DNA from: Squalus acanthias
Taxonomy: Eukaryota
DNA: 64,000 nucleotides
Assembly: GCA_030390025.1 (NCBI GenBank)
Contig: CM059425.1
Span: 163,868,001 to 163,932,000, forward strand
Direction: 5' to 3'
Shown here in pieces: positions 37,557 to 49,811 of this stretch. The translations under genes were made by a program, and so were the position numbers. The notes below the pieces were generated by a model, which was given only the letters and a program-made list of their open reading frames with translations, searched no databases and was not told the DNA's origin. Numbering within the stretch: position 1 is the stretch's first letter; each line of letters begins with the position of its first letter.

Positions 37557-38501
37557 ATGACAGGAAGTCTCGGACCCGTTTCATGCTCCTCCTGTGCCAT
37601 GTGGGAAACCAGGGACACTTCCAGTGTCCCTGACAACTACGTGTGCGGGAAGTGTGTCCAGCTGCAGCTCCTGACAGCCCACATGGCGGTGCTGGAGCTG
37701 CGGGTGGACTCACTCTGGAGCATGCACGATGCCGAGAACTCGGTGAATCGCTCATTTAGTGAGTTGTCCACACCGCAGGTAAAGGCTAGGACAGACAGTG
37801 AATGGGTGACCAAGAAGCAGGGCAATATCAGGAAGGTAGTGCAGGAGTCCCCTGTGGTCATCTCCCTCCAAAACAGGTATGCTGCTTTGGATACTGTTGG
37901 GGGAGATGGCCTACCAGGGGAAGGCACCAGCAGCCAGGTTCATGGCACCATGGCTGGCTCTGCTGCACAGCAGGGCGAGAAAAAGAGTGGTAGGGCTATA
38001 GTGATAGGGGATTCAATTGTAAGGGGAATAGACAGGAGTTTCTGTGGCCGCAACCGAGATTCCAGGATGGTATGTTGCCTCCCTGGTGCAAGGGTCAAGG
38101 ATGTCTCGGAGCGGCTGCAGAACATTCTGAAGAGGGAGGGTGAACAGCCAGCTGTCGTGGTGCATGTAGGTACCAACGATATAGGTAAAAAGCGGGAAGA
38201 GGTCCTACAAGCAGAATTTAGGGAGCTAGGAGCTAAATTAAAAAGTAGGACCTCTAAGGTAGTAATCTCTGGATTGCTACCAGGGCCACGTGCTAATCAG
38301 AATAGAGAGAACAGGATAGTGAGGTTGAATACGTGGCTTGAGCAGTGGTGCAGGAGGGAGGGATTCAAATTCCTGAGGCATTGGAACCAGTTCTGGGGGA
38401 AGTGGGACCTGTACAAAAGGGACGGTCTGCACTTGGGCAGGACCGGAACCGATGTCCTCGGGGTAATATTTGCTAAAGCAGTTCGGGAGGATTTAAACTA
38501 A
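37557..38501 (+). CDS. CR1 ORF1p (zinc finger, leucine zipper, SGNH esterase), intact 314 aa
   Basis: CSSC...CGKC, VIGDSIVR, LPGA, HVGTND, DGLH. Confidence 0.9.
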   Translation: MTGSLGPVSCSSCAMWETRDTSSVPDNYVCGKCVQLQLLTAHMAVLELRVDSLWSMHDAENSVNRSFSELSTPQVKARTDSEWVTKKQGNIRKVVQESPVVISLQNRYAALDTVGGDGLPGEGTSSQVHGTMAGSAAQQGEKKSGRAIVIGDSIVRGIDRSFCGRNRDSRMVCCLPGARVKDVSERLQNILKREGEQPAVVVHVGTNDIGKKREEVLQAEFRELGAKLKSRTSKVVISGLLPGPRANQNRENRIVRLNTWLEQWCRREGFKFLRHWNQFWGKWDLYKRDGLHLGRTGTDVLGVIFAKAVREDLN

Positions 38502-38548
38502 TATGGCAGGGGAATGGGAATCTATGTAGCGAAACAGGGGGAAGTGAT

Positions 38549-41500
38549 ATGCAGTCAGAAACAAATGTTAGAAGGGTGAGAAACAATAGGGGAAGGCCGA
38601 GTAAACAAAGGCAAGAAACACAAAGGGCCATACTAAATCATAAGTCTAAAAGGACAAAGGATGTTAATAAAACAAGCCTAAAGGCTCTGTGTCTTAATGC
38701 AAGGAGTATCCGTAATAAGGTGGATGAATTGACTGTGCAAATAGATGTTAACGGATACGATGTGATTGGGATTACAGAGACGTGGCTCCAGAACAATCAA
38801 GGCTGGGAACTGAACATCCAGGGGTATTCAACATTCAGAAAGGATAGAATAAAAGGAAAAGGGGGTGGGGTAGCATTGCTGGTTAAAGAGGAGATTAATG
38901 CAATACCTAGGAAGGACATCAGCTTGGAGGATGTGGAACACGGTGGCATAGTGGTTAGCACTGGTGCCTCACAGCGCCAGGGACCCGGGTTCGAATCTGA
39001 CCTCAGGTGACTGTCTGTGCAGAGTTTGCACATTCTCCCCGTGTCTGCGTGGGTTTCCTCCGGGTGCTCCGGTTTCCTCCCACAGTCCAAAAATGTGCGG
39101 GTTAGGTTGATTTGGCTATGATAAAATTGACCCTTAGTGTTAGGGGGGGATTAAATATGTGGGGTTATGGGAATAGGATGGGATATGTTAGGGTGAATTA
39201 AATACGTGGGGTTACGGGGGTAGGGTGGGATATGTGTACTGTGGGGATTAAAGCAGGGACAGGGTACTGGATTTGAATGATCAGCCATGATCGTATTGAA
39301 TGGTGGAGCAGGCTCGACGGGCCGAATGGCCTACTCCTGCTCCTAGATTCTATGTTTCTATGAATCAATATGGGTTGAGCTGCAGAACACCAAAGGGCAG
39401 AAAACGTTAGTGGGAGTTGTGTACAGACCTCCAAACAGCAGTAGTGAGGTGGGGGAGGGTATGAAACAGGAAATCAGAGGTGCGTGCAAAAAAGGCACGG
39501 CAGTTATCATGGGTGACTTTAATATGCATATAGATTGGGCTACTCAAACTGGAAGCAATACGGTGGAGGAGGATTTCCTGGAGTGTTTAAGGGATGGTTT
39601 CCGGAACCAACTCAAGGGGAGGCCATCCTGGACTGGGTGTTGTAAAATGAGGAAGGACTAATCAGCAATCTTGTGGTACGAGGCCCCCTGGGGAAGAGTG
39701 ACCATAGTATGGTGGAGTTCTACATTAGGATGGAGAAGGAAACAGTTAAGTCAGAGACCATGGTCCAGAACTTAAATAAGGGCAACTTTGAGGGTATGAG
39801 GCGTGAATTGGCGAGGTTAAATTGGCAAGCGATATTTAAGGGGCTATCAGTGGAAGGGCAATGGCAGACATTTAGAGATCGCATGGATGAACTACAACAA
39901 TTGTACATCCCGGTCTGGCGTAAAAATAAAAAAGGGAAGGTGGCTCAACCATGGCTAACAAGGGAAATCAGGGATAGTATTAAAACCAAGGAAGTTGCAT
40001 ACAAATTGGCCAGAAGTAGCAGCAAACCCGAGGACTGGGAGAACTTCAAAACTCAGCAGAGGAGGACGAAGGGTTTGATTAGGGCAGGGAAAATAAAATA
40101 TGAAAGGAAGCTTGCAGAGAACATTAAAATGGACTGCAAAAGCTTCTATAAATATGTAAAATGAAAGAGGTTAGTAAAAACAAACGTAGGTCCCCTGCAG
40201 TCGGAAACAGGGGAAGTCGTAATGGGGAACAAGGAAATGGCAGATCAATTGAACAAGTACTTTGGTTCGGTGTTTACTGTGGAGGACACACACAACCTGC
40301 CGGAAATAAAAGGGGTCAGAGGATCTGGTAAGAGGGAGGAGCTGAGGGAAATCCTTATTAGTCGGGAAAAGGTATTGGGGAAATTGATGGGACTGAAGGC
40401 TGAAAAATCCCCGGGGCCTGATGGTCTGCATCCCAGAGTACTTAAGGAGGTGGCCTTGGAAATAGTGGATGCATTGACGATCATTTTCCAACATTCCTTA
40501 GACTCTGGATCAGTTCCGATGGAGTGGAGGGTGGCCAATGTAACCCCTCTTTTTAAAAAAGGAGGGAGGGAGAAAGCAGGGAATTATAGACCGGTCAGCC
40601 TGACATCGGTCGTGGGTAAAATGATGGAAGCAATTATTAAAGATGTCATAACAGACCATTTGGAAAGTGGCGACATGATAGGTCCAAGTCAGCATGGATT
40701 TGTGAAAGGGAAATCATGCTTGACAAATCTTCTGGAATTTTTTGAGGATGTTTCCAATAGGGTGGACAGGGGGGAACCAGTAGATGTGGTGTATTTGGAC
40801 TTTCAGAAGGCCTTCGACAAGGTCCCACACAAGAGATTGGTGAGCAAAGTTAAAGCACATGGGATTGGGGGTAATGTGTTGACGTGGCTTGAGAACTGGT
40901 TGGCACACAGGAAACAAAGAGTAGGAGTAAATGGGTACTTTTCAGAATGGCAGGCAGTGACCAGCGGGGTACCGCAGGGTTCGGTGCTGGGACCCCAGCT
41001 GTTTACATTATATATTAATGATTTGGACGAAGGGATTAAATGTAATATCTCCAAATTTGCGGATGACACTAAATTGGGAGGTAGTGTGAACAATGAGGAG
41101 GATGCTAGGAGGCTACAGAGTGACTTGGACAGGTTGGGTGAATGGGCAAATGTATGGCAGATGAAGTACAATGTGGATAAATGTGAGGTTATCCACTTTG
41201 GTGGTAAAAATAGAGAGGCGGACTATTACCTGAATGGTGGCAGATTAGGGAAAGGGGAGGTGCAACGAGACCTGGGCGTCATGGTACATCAGTCACTGAA
41301 GGTGGGAATGCAAGTGCAGCAGGCAGTCAAGAAAGCAAACGAAATGATGGCCTTCATAGTAAGGGGATTTGAGTACAGGAGTAGGGAGGTGATGCTGCAG
41401 TTGTACAGGGCCTTGGTGAGGCCACACCTGGAGTATTGTGCGCAGTTTTGGTCTCCTAACTTAAGGAAGGACATTCTTGCTATTGAGGGAGTGCAGCGAA

Positions 41501-41895
41501 GGTTCACTAGATTGATTCCTGGGATGGCCGGACTGACATATCAAGAAAGATTAGGTCAACTGAACTTGTATCCTCTGGAGTTCAGAAGAACGAGGGGGGA
41601 TCTTATAGAGACATTTAAAATCCTGACTGGTTTAGACAAATTAGATGCGGGCAGAATGTTCCCAATGTTAGGGAAAACTAGAACCAGGGGTCACAGTCTA
41701 AGGATTAAGGGGAAGCCATTTAAGACTGAGCTGAGGAGGAACTTCTTCACCCAGAGAGTGGTGAATCTATGGAATTCTCTTCCACAGAAGGTTGTTGAGG
41801 CCAGTTCGCTAAATATATTCAAAAGGGAGTTAGATATAACACTCACAACTAGGGGGATCAAGGGGTATGGCGAGAAAGCAGGAATGGGGTACTGA
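38549..41895 (+). pseudogene. CR1 ORF2: endonuclease broken by SINE, deletion and stop; RT part 40222-41895 open
   Basis: LNARSIRNK, ITETWL, YRPPN, GDFN, SDH; RT motifs SGVPQGSVLGP and FADDTKL. Confidence 0.92.
38939..39361 (+). mobile_element. HE1-like V-SINE with CR1-derived 3' tail
   Basis: A/B boxes tggcatagtgg and ggttcgaatc; V-domain gtgtctgcgtgggtttcctccgggtgctccggtttcctccc; 3' end matches the CR1 tail at 41905-41995. Confidence 0.85.
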
Positions 41896-42141
41896 GGTAG
41901 CATGTTCAGCCATGAACGCATTGAATGGCGGTGCAGGCTCGAAGGACCGAATGGTCTACTCCTGTACCTATTTTCTATGTTTCTATGTTTCTATGTAAAC
42001 GTGCCTGCAGGCGCTGAAACCGACATCTGCAGGTTTAGCACTCAAGCACTGATTAGATGCAATTTTCCTGAAGCTGTATATGTAGCCTGCACTCACCCAC
42101 TTCCATTAAAGGTGTGGAATGCGCTGGTTGGGAGTGGAAGA

Positions 42142-43967
42142 ATGTCTCAAGGACCGAGGGAGAGGGCGTCCAGGTTCTCCGATGCAGCACTGGAGATCCT
42201 GGTGGAGGAGATACAGAAGAGGAGGGATGTCCTCTACCCGCAGGGGGGAAGAAGGCCACAGAGGAGCTAATGTGCTGCATGTGGGAGGAGATCGCTCGGG
42301 AGGTGACAGTCAGGAGCCCTGGCCCCAGAACATGGCTCCAGTGCCGCAAGTAATTTAATGACTTGACACGAGTGGTCAAGGTAAGATTGCATCTCACAAA
42401 CACACTTCTCAATAACTGCACCACCACCACCAGCATCACAACCTCAACACACCGCATCCACCATCTAACTATACACTGAGATTCACACACCCCACACTTT
42501 TGCATCCTTCACAGGCACTACTCACAACTCAGACACAGCTCTTCAACCATGTGAGGCATCACACACACACACTTGTCAATACACTCATTCACAATCACCA
42601 CCCTTTCTTTTCCAGGAAAAAATAGCACATAACAGGTGGCAGCAGGACCTGACTGGGGAAGACAACTGCCTCTGCATGACATCACTCCCCTTGAGGAGGC
42701 AGTGCTGGCCATGATTGGGAAGGGAGTGGCCGACGCCATGGCCAGAGGTACAGCAGGGGTCATATCACCTAGAGTTATGTGCCCACTCCAGCTTCCTATG
42801 CACAACTATTCCTGATCCCTAATCCCCTAAAGCTATCCTCACTCCCAAGCTCCATATGGTCTCATCACACACATCCTCCTACAGTGGCCGCACGTGCTGC
42901 ACCCTAACCCTTCCAGCTTTATCATTGCAGACTTTAAGGAGCAAGATCCACCTCGCCTCCAGAGCAAGTGCAAGATGAGCAACAGCCACCTCTCCCCCGC
43001 CCGAGGAAGAGGAGGAGCAGGAGGAGGAGAGCAAGGAAGCATGCACTGCATCAATAACTACCACTGTCGCAGGCACCAGCTCAGCGACTGGTACCACGTG
43101 TAACCTAGAGGCTAGGTTAGAAGATGGATACACACAGTGGGATACACTAGGCACTAGCAGGCAGCAGCCACACAGGGTGGAAGGGACACCACATGGGGGG
43201 CAAGGTCGCATTCTAGTTCTGCTGTAGAGGAGTCAGATGAGTCAGGGCCAAGCTTCAGAAGAAGGCAGATGGGTGCAACAAACCAAATGCTTGGTGCAAT
43301 GGAGAGCCTGCCTGAAAGCTTATGGGTTATGTCTAGGGGGATGGAGGAGCCTGCCTCCAGCTTGGTCCATGGTTTGACGCAAAGCCTGGAACCCATCCTC
43401 TCCAGCGTGGAGAGGCTGGTCAATTTAAGCCAGTGACCTGTGGAGCCCGACATCAGGCAGCGTCTAATGACTGAGGTCACAGCTTCCACTGCAGTCATTG
43501 CAGCTTGCATGGAACGGCAAACTGCTGCAATGGAATCTCAGGCAGCTGCCATGGTGGCTCTGGGCTCTTCGGTTGAAAGGAGCTTGCAGAGTGTCCACAG
43601 ATCTGTCCTCCGCCAGGTCACTGGGCGGGCTGAACAGAGGCCCCGAGGTAGTGGTGTGGGAATCATGGAGCAGGAACCTACTGGCTTCTCCCCGGTTGGC
43701 AGCATTGCTGCTCCCTCCCCCACCACTGCACCATTGCCCTTGCCATTGCCTGTCAGCCAGGCGGCCCAGACTGCTGAAGCCCATACTGAGATGGTGCAGT
43801 CTGAGGCAGGGCATCAGGGCCCACAGCCTCTCAAGGGTGTCCCAGGAGGACATCTGAACTGCCCTCTTCAGATTCTCAGCAGCCATCCACATCGCCTGCT
43901 GCTGCCACTGGGGTTGCACTTCACAGAAGTGCTAGATTACACAAGAGCACTTATAGATAGCCACTAA
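42142..43967 (+). pseudogene. Harbinger Myb/SANT-like gene, spliced, disrupted
   Basis: MSQGPRERASRFSDAALEILVEEI...WEEIAREV...RTWLQCRK*FNDL; GT-AG intron 42381-42615 at the same position as 15263-15543. Confidence 0.8.
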
Positions 43968-45054
43968 GGGTAAGCACCAATGTTCCTGCTAAGCTGCATA
44001 GCCGCACAGCTGTCTGGAGGTCCCGCGCAGGCCTCTCACCAGCTTTACAATGGGAGATTTTGCCATGCACAAAATTTTGAATGGGCCACGTACCCCTTTA
44101 AAGGGACTGCATACCCGGAAAAAAAATTAGGGGGAACATTGGTAAGCACCAGGGTGAATAGTTTAATATTTGTAAGTGCTGTTGGTTATGTTTACATTGT
44201 TTCTTTTTGATGTATATAAAGAGTGATGATGGCAATTGGGTACTGGTGGAATCGGTGGTCTTTTTTATTGTGATCTTCATGGGGAAGGGGTTGAATAGAT
44301 TGAGTGCAGATGAATCCTAAGTTGTGGAAGGTGCTCTGGAGTCTGATGGTGGAGCACAGCGCTCAAAAGCGCTCTTCAATTAGATGGTGGCGAGCATCCC
44401 TCCCAGGTGCGGGCCGTCTACCTGGAACCCTCTGGTGCTCCCCCGGTCACCCTCCTCTTCCTCCTCCTCCCCCTTCGCTTCCTCCTCCTCTGGTGGTAAT
44501 GGTTGGTCTCTCATGATCATCAGATTGTGGAGCATACAGCAAATCACCATGAATCCGGACACCTTCTCGGCCAAGTACTGCAGGGCATTTCCTGACCGGT
44601 CAAGGCATCTAAACCTCTGCTTCAGGACCCCAGTGGTCTGCTCAATGATATTCCTGGTGGCTGAGTGTCTCTCATTGCATGAGTGCTCAGCTGGTGTCTG
44701 GGGGTTTCTCAGGGGAGTCACGAGCCATGGCATCAGAGGGTATACCTTGTCACCTAGTAACCAGCCATGCTCATTGTTTTGGGTCTCAAAGATCTGTGGG
44801 ACAATGATTGTTTCATTATAAATGCATCGTGGCAGTTCCCTGGATAGCAGGCATTCATCCACATGATGTGCTACTGGTAGTGGCAGACAAGCTGCACATT
44901 GAGGGAATGGAATCTCTTTCTGTTCCTGAGCACCTCTGAGTTTAAATGAGGGGCTTGCATGGGCATATGTGTGCAGTCAATGGCTCTCTGGACCATGAGG
45001 AATCCTGCAATCCTGTCGAATCCTAGAGCTCTCTGCCTCTAGTCTTCTCTGGCA

Positions 45055-46250
45055 ATAGAATCATAGAATAGTACAGCACAGGAGGCCATTCGGCCCATCG
45101 AGTCTGCGCCGGCTCTTTCGAAGAGCAATCCAGTTAGTCCCACTCCCCTGCTCTTTCCCCATATCCCTGCAATTTTTTTCTCCTTCAAGTATTTATCCAA
45201 TTCACTTTTGAAGGCTACTATTGAATCTGTATCCGCCACCCTATTAGGCAGTGCATTTCAAATCCTAACCACTCGTTGTGTAAAATAGTTTTCCCTCATG
45301 TCGCCTCTGGTTCTTTTGCCAATCGCCTTAAATCTGTCGCCTCTCGTTAGCGACTCTTCAGCCATTGGAAACAATTTCTCTTTATGTACTCTATCTAAAT
45401 CCTTCATGATTTTAAACACCTCAAATCTCCTCTTAGCCTTCTCTGCTCCAAAGAGAACAAACCCAGCTTGTAGCCTATTCGCATAACTGTAATCCCTCAT
45501 CCTGGAAGCATTCTAGTAAATCTCTTCTACACCCTCTCCAAAGCCTTCACGTCCTTCCGAAAGTGTGATGCCCAGAATTGGACACAATACTCCAGCTGAG
45601 GCCAAACTAGTGTTTTATATAGGTTTAGCATAACTTCCTGGCTTTTGTACTCTATCCCTCTATTTATAAATGTGAGAAGTCGCACAACACCAGGTTATAG
45701 TCCAACAGCTTTATTTGAAATCACAAGCTTTCGGAGCGCTGCTCCTTCGTCAGGTGACGAAGGAGCAGCGCTCCGAAAGCTTGTGATTTCAAATAAAACT
45801 GTTGGACTATAACCTGGTGTTGTGCGACTTCTCACATTTGTCCACCCCAGTCCAACACCAGCATCTCCACATCATGGCTTCTATTTATAAAGCCCAGGAT
45901 CCCATACGCTTTATTATCTGCTTTGTTAACCTGTCCTTTCTCCTTCAAAGATTTGTGCACAAACACCCCCAGGTCTCTCTGTTCTTGCACCCCCTTTAAA
46001 ATTGTATCACTTAGTGTGTATGGTCTCTCCTCATTCTTCCTACCAAAATGTATCACCTCACACTTCTCTACATTGAATTTCATCTGCCATGTGTCCACCC
46101 ATTCCACCAGCTTGTCTATATCTTCTTGAAGTCTATTACTATCTTCCTCACTTCCATGTTTCGTGTCATCCGCAAATTTTGAAATTGTGCCTTGTACCCC
46201 CAATTCCAAGTCATTAATGTATATCAAAAACAGCCGTGGTCCTAGTACTG
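45055..46250 (-). mobile_element. 5'-truncated CR1 LINE
   Basis: SVLGP...FADDTK...KFNVEKC; tail atagaatcatagaa at 45055. Confidence 0.9.
45671..45879. mobile_element. Near-perfect fold-back PLE family A mini-insertion; complete HHR on minus strand (45721-45757)
   Basis: ~83-bp inverted arms centred at ~45754 plus tail ending catcatggct; TSD tctatttataaa at 45659-45670 and 45880-45891. Confidence 0.92.
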
Positions 46251-46260
46251 AACTATATAT

Positions 46261-46671
46261 CATAGAGCAGAAACTGATAGCCAAGTTCCGCACTCATGAG
46301 GATGGCCTCAATCGCGATATCGGGTTCATGTCACGATACAGAACGTGACTTGACATCATGGCCGGTCTTCCCAGGTGTTTTTTTTTTAAAAAGACTAACA
46401 CAAGAACCAACACAAATTGACAGGATATGCAGCCAGCAGGTGGTTTGACACGTTGGACCCCCTGGGACACATCTCATTGTCTTGGCTGTACTCTTAGTGT
46501 GTCTTTGATGTAGGGAAAGATTTGAATAGATTTTGTCTGTGTTTAAATTGTGAATTCTGGGAGATTCTCTCACTGCTAACTTACCTGAGGAAGGAGCGAA
46601 TAGCTCCGAAAGCTTGTAAAATTAAATAAATCTGTTGGACTATAACCTGGTGTTGTGCGACTTCTCATTTT
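46261..46671 (+). mobile_element. 5'-truncated PLE (family A relative): GIY-YIG C-terminus, 3' UTR and pLTR
   Basis: IEQKLIAKFRTHEDGLNRD; TSD tgaactatatat at 46249-46260 and 46672-46683. Confidence 0.9.
46581..46619 (+). ncRNA. Minimal type I HHR motif
   Basis: ttac-CTGAGGA-a-GGAGC-gaata-GCTCC-GAAA-gctt-gtaa. Confidence 0.8.
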
Positions 46672-48030
46672 TGAACTATATATGTTAGAGAATGATATAT
46701 AGCCATTCCTTAGAGCATATAGAGCTGCAGGGACCTCCCTTATGCAGAATTGCACAGAGGATTGTGAGATGTGACTGATATCACCTGTGGCTGCCTGGGA
46801 GGTTCCAGTAGCATAAATATTAAGTGCTACTGTGATTTTGACTGCCACAGGCAATACAGTACTGGCTGTGCTGTGACATCTGAGTCTTCATTCCAGTAGG
46901 CCACAGATCTCTGTGATGACCTCCTTGGTAAAGCACAGCCTCCTCATGCACTGGTCTTGTGTCCTACAAATGTAGGAGTAGTGCTATCTGATGACCCTGG
47001 GTGGATAGGACCTCCTGCTGAGAGCCCTCCTGTCCCTCTCTCCTGCAGCAGCTGGTGCTGCTCTGCCTGGCCTCATCTCCTCCTCCAATTCCTCATCCAG
47101 ATCAAGGTGGACCCCTAGCAGGATGCCCATGACCAAGCACTCCTTTTCTCCTGGTGACTCAAAGGTGTCCAATAAGGTAGAGTAGCACAGCACTCACTCT
47201 TTTTAGATGAAGTCCTGAGAGAATATCCAGGAAAATTGTTGGTAGAGTGTTGATGAAGTCTTGACAAAGTGTTCCAGAAAGTCTCCCGATGTGTCTCAAA
47301 AGTCTTCTTCAAATGCAGTGTATTCAGCCGATCTCAATCAGCAAGTGAACAGTGAAAGCTGAGCATAGCTTTAAGTAGTGCTCGAAATCCTCAGCAGCAA
47401 CTTGTTTACTCCTGTTCAGCTGGTTACTGTTGGGAGAGGTCGTTAAATGAAGCATTACCCACCAAAATGGCAGGCAGCCTCTTTAATGTGCGCTAGCAAG
47501 CAATTTAATTGTCAATCAGCCCCTTAACGATCCTTGGGGGCACCCATTCTTTTCATGCGCTTCAACTCCTTTACCAAGATGGTATCTTGTAGTAAACATG
47601 GACGAAACTGGCATTGCAGCTTAAGACCCCATCTTGGCCACCTCGGAGGCTCTTTAGCACCTAAAGTATCCGGTGAAAATCGCCCCATTTTTTTTTCACA
47701 AAGAAAATTGTTCAAAATTATTTTTGTCCTTCAATTTTCTCCCCATCTTGAAGGAATCAACTCATGCTGTGGTACCCTTCTGCAGGTAATACCCGCTCTC
47801 CAGTACCTGATCCATGTTGCCATTCTTGGAGATTACATGGCTTCCGGATGGGGTGGGGAGTGTATTGGAAAATTGCGCATGCCACTCTGCTATTTAAGAA
47901 TGGCGAAAGAGGGAAACCAGGGAATTATAGACCAGTTAGCCTAGCATCTGTTGTCGGGAAATTACTAGAGTCTATAATTAAGGATAGGGTGACTGAACAC
48001 CTCGAAAATTTGATCAGAGAGAGCCAGCAT

Positions 48031-49255
48031 AGAAATATAGAAACATAGAAAAATAGGAGCAGGAGTAGGCCATTCGGCCCTTCGAGCCTGCTCCGCCATT
48101 CAATATGATTATGGCTGATCCTCTATCTCAATACCATATTCCCGCTCTCTCCCCATATCCCTTGATGCCTTGATGCTTCTAGAAATCTATCTATCTCCTT
48201 CTTAAATATATTCAGTGACTCAGCCTTCTGTGGTAGAGAATTCCACAGGTTCACCACCCTCTGAGTGAAGAAATTTCTCCTCATCTCAGTCCTAAATGTC
48301 CTACCCTGTATCCTGAGACTGTGACCCCTCGTTCTAGACCCCCCAGCCAGGGGAAACATCCTCCCTGCATCCAGTCTGTCTAGCCCTGTCCGAATTTTAT
48401 ACGTTTCAATGAGTTCCCCCCTCATTCTACTAAACTCTAGTGAATACAGGCCAAGTCGACCCAATCTCTTCTCATACGACAGTCCTACCATCCCAGGAAT
48501 CAGTCTGGTGAACCTTCGCTGTGGCAAGTATATCCTTTCTTAGGTAAGGAGATCAAAACTGCAAACAGTACTCCAGGTGTGGTCTCACCAAGGCCCTGTA
48601 TAACTGTAGTAAGACATCCTTGCTCCTGTACTCAAATCGTCTTGCAATGAAGGCTAACATACCATTTGCCTTCCTAACTGCTTGCTGCACCTGCATGTTT
48701 GCTTTCAGTTACTGGTGTACAAGGACACCCAAGTCTCTTTGTACATCAACATTTCCCAATCTATCACCATTTAAATAATACCCTGCCTTTCTGTTTTTCC
48801 CACCGAAGTGGATGACTTCACATTTATCTACGTTATACTGCATCTGCCATGTATTTGCCCACTCACTCAACTTGTCTAAATCGACTTGAAGCCTCTTTGC
48901 ATCCTCCTCACAACTCACAATCCCACCTAGTTTTGTGTTGTCAGCAAACTTGGAAATATTACATTTGGTTCCCTCATCCAAATCATTGATATATATTGTG
49001 AATAGCTGGGGCCCAAGCACTGATCCCTGCGGTACCCCACTAGTCACCGCCTGCACCCCGAAAAAGACCCATTTATTCCTACTCTCTGTTTCCTGTCTGT
49101 TAACCAATTTTCAATCCATGCCAGTATATTACCCCCAATCCCACGTGCTTTAATTTTGCACACTAACCTCTTATGTGGGACTTTATCCAAGGCCTTCTGA
49201 AAATCCAAATACACCACATCCACTGGTTCTCCCTTATCTATTCTTCCAGTTACAT
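48031..49255 (-). mobile_element. 5'-truncated CR1 inserted in antisense into another CR1
   Basis: SGVPQGSVLGP...FADNTKL; (catagaaa)n tail; TSD ccagcat at 48024-48030 and 49256-49262. Confidence 0.9.
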
Positions 49256-49811
49256 CCAGCATGGGTGGGTCATGCCTAACAAACCTGATTGAATTTTTGG
49301 AGGAGGTGACTAAAGGGGAATGTCTAAGGATGTTATTTATATGGACTTCCAGAAGGTATTTGATAAAGTCTCATATAAGAGACTGTTAACTAAGGTAGAA
49401 GCCCATGGAATTGAAGGCAAATTATTGACCTGGTTAGGAAATTGGCTGAGCGGCAGGAGACAGAGAGTAGGGATAATGGGTAGATACTCAAATTGGCAGG
49501 ATGTGAATAGTAGTGTCCCGCAGGAATATGTGTTGGGGCCTCAACTATTCACTGTATTTATTAACGTCTTAGATGATGGCATAGAAAGTCATATATCTAA
49601 ATTTGCCGATGATACAAAGATAGGCGGCATTGTAGATTAAAGCATAAAATTACAAAGGGATATCGATAGATTAAGTGAATGGGCAAAACTGTGGCAAATG
49701 GATTTCAATGTAGGCAAATGTGAGGTCATCCACTTTGGGCCTAAAAAGGATAGAACAGGGTACTTTCTAAATGGTGAAAAACTAAAAAGAGTGGCGGTCC
49801 AAAGAGACAAG

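Larger units (their letters stand above)
37004..41995 (+). mobile_element. Full-length CR1 LINE
   Basis: GC-rich 5' UTR, ORF1, ORF2, (tttctatg)n tail; taaac duplicated at 37003-37007 and 41996-42000. Confidence 0.95.
44370..47130 (-). pseudogene. Harbinger transposase split by CR1 and PLE insertions
   Basis: PVAVKITVALNIYATG...GDISHISQS (46576-46854); WLLGDKVY...IEQTTGVLKQRFRCLDRSG...CCMLHN (44380-44862). Confidence 0.88.
36879..47686. mobile_element. PIF/Harbinger element (Myb-like +, transposase -) with nested CR1, SINE and PLE insertions
   Basis: Convergent gene remnants; imperfect TIRs sharing ggtgctaaa / tttagcacc. Confidence 0.7.
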
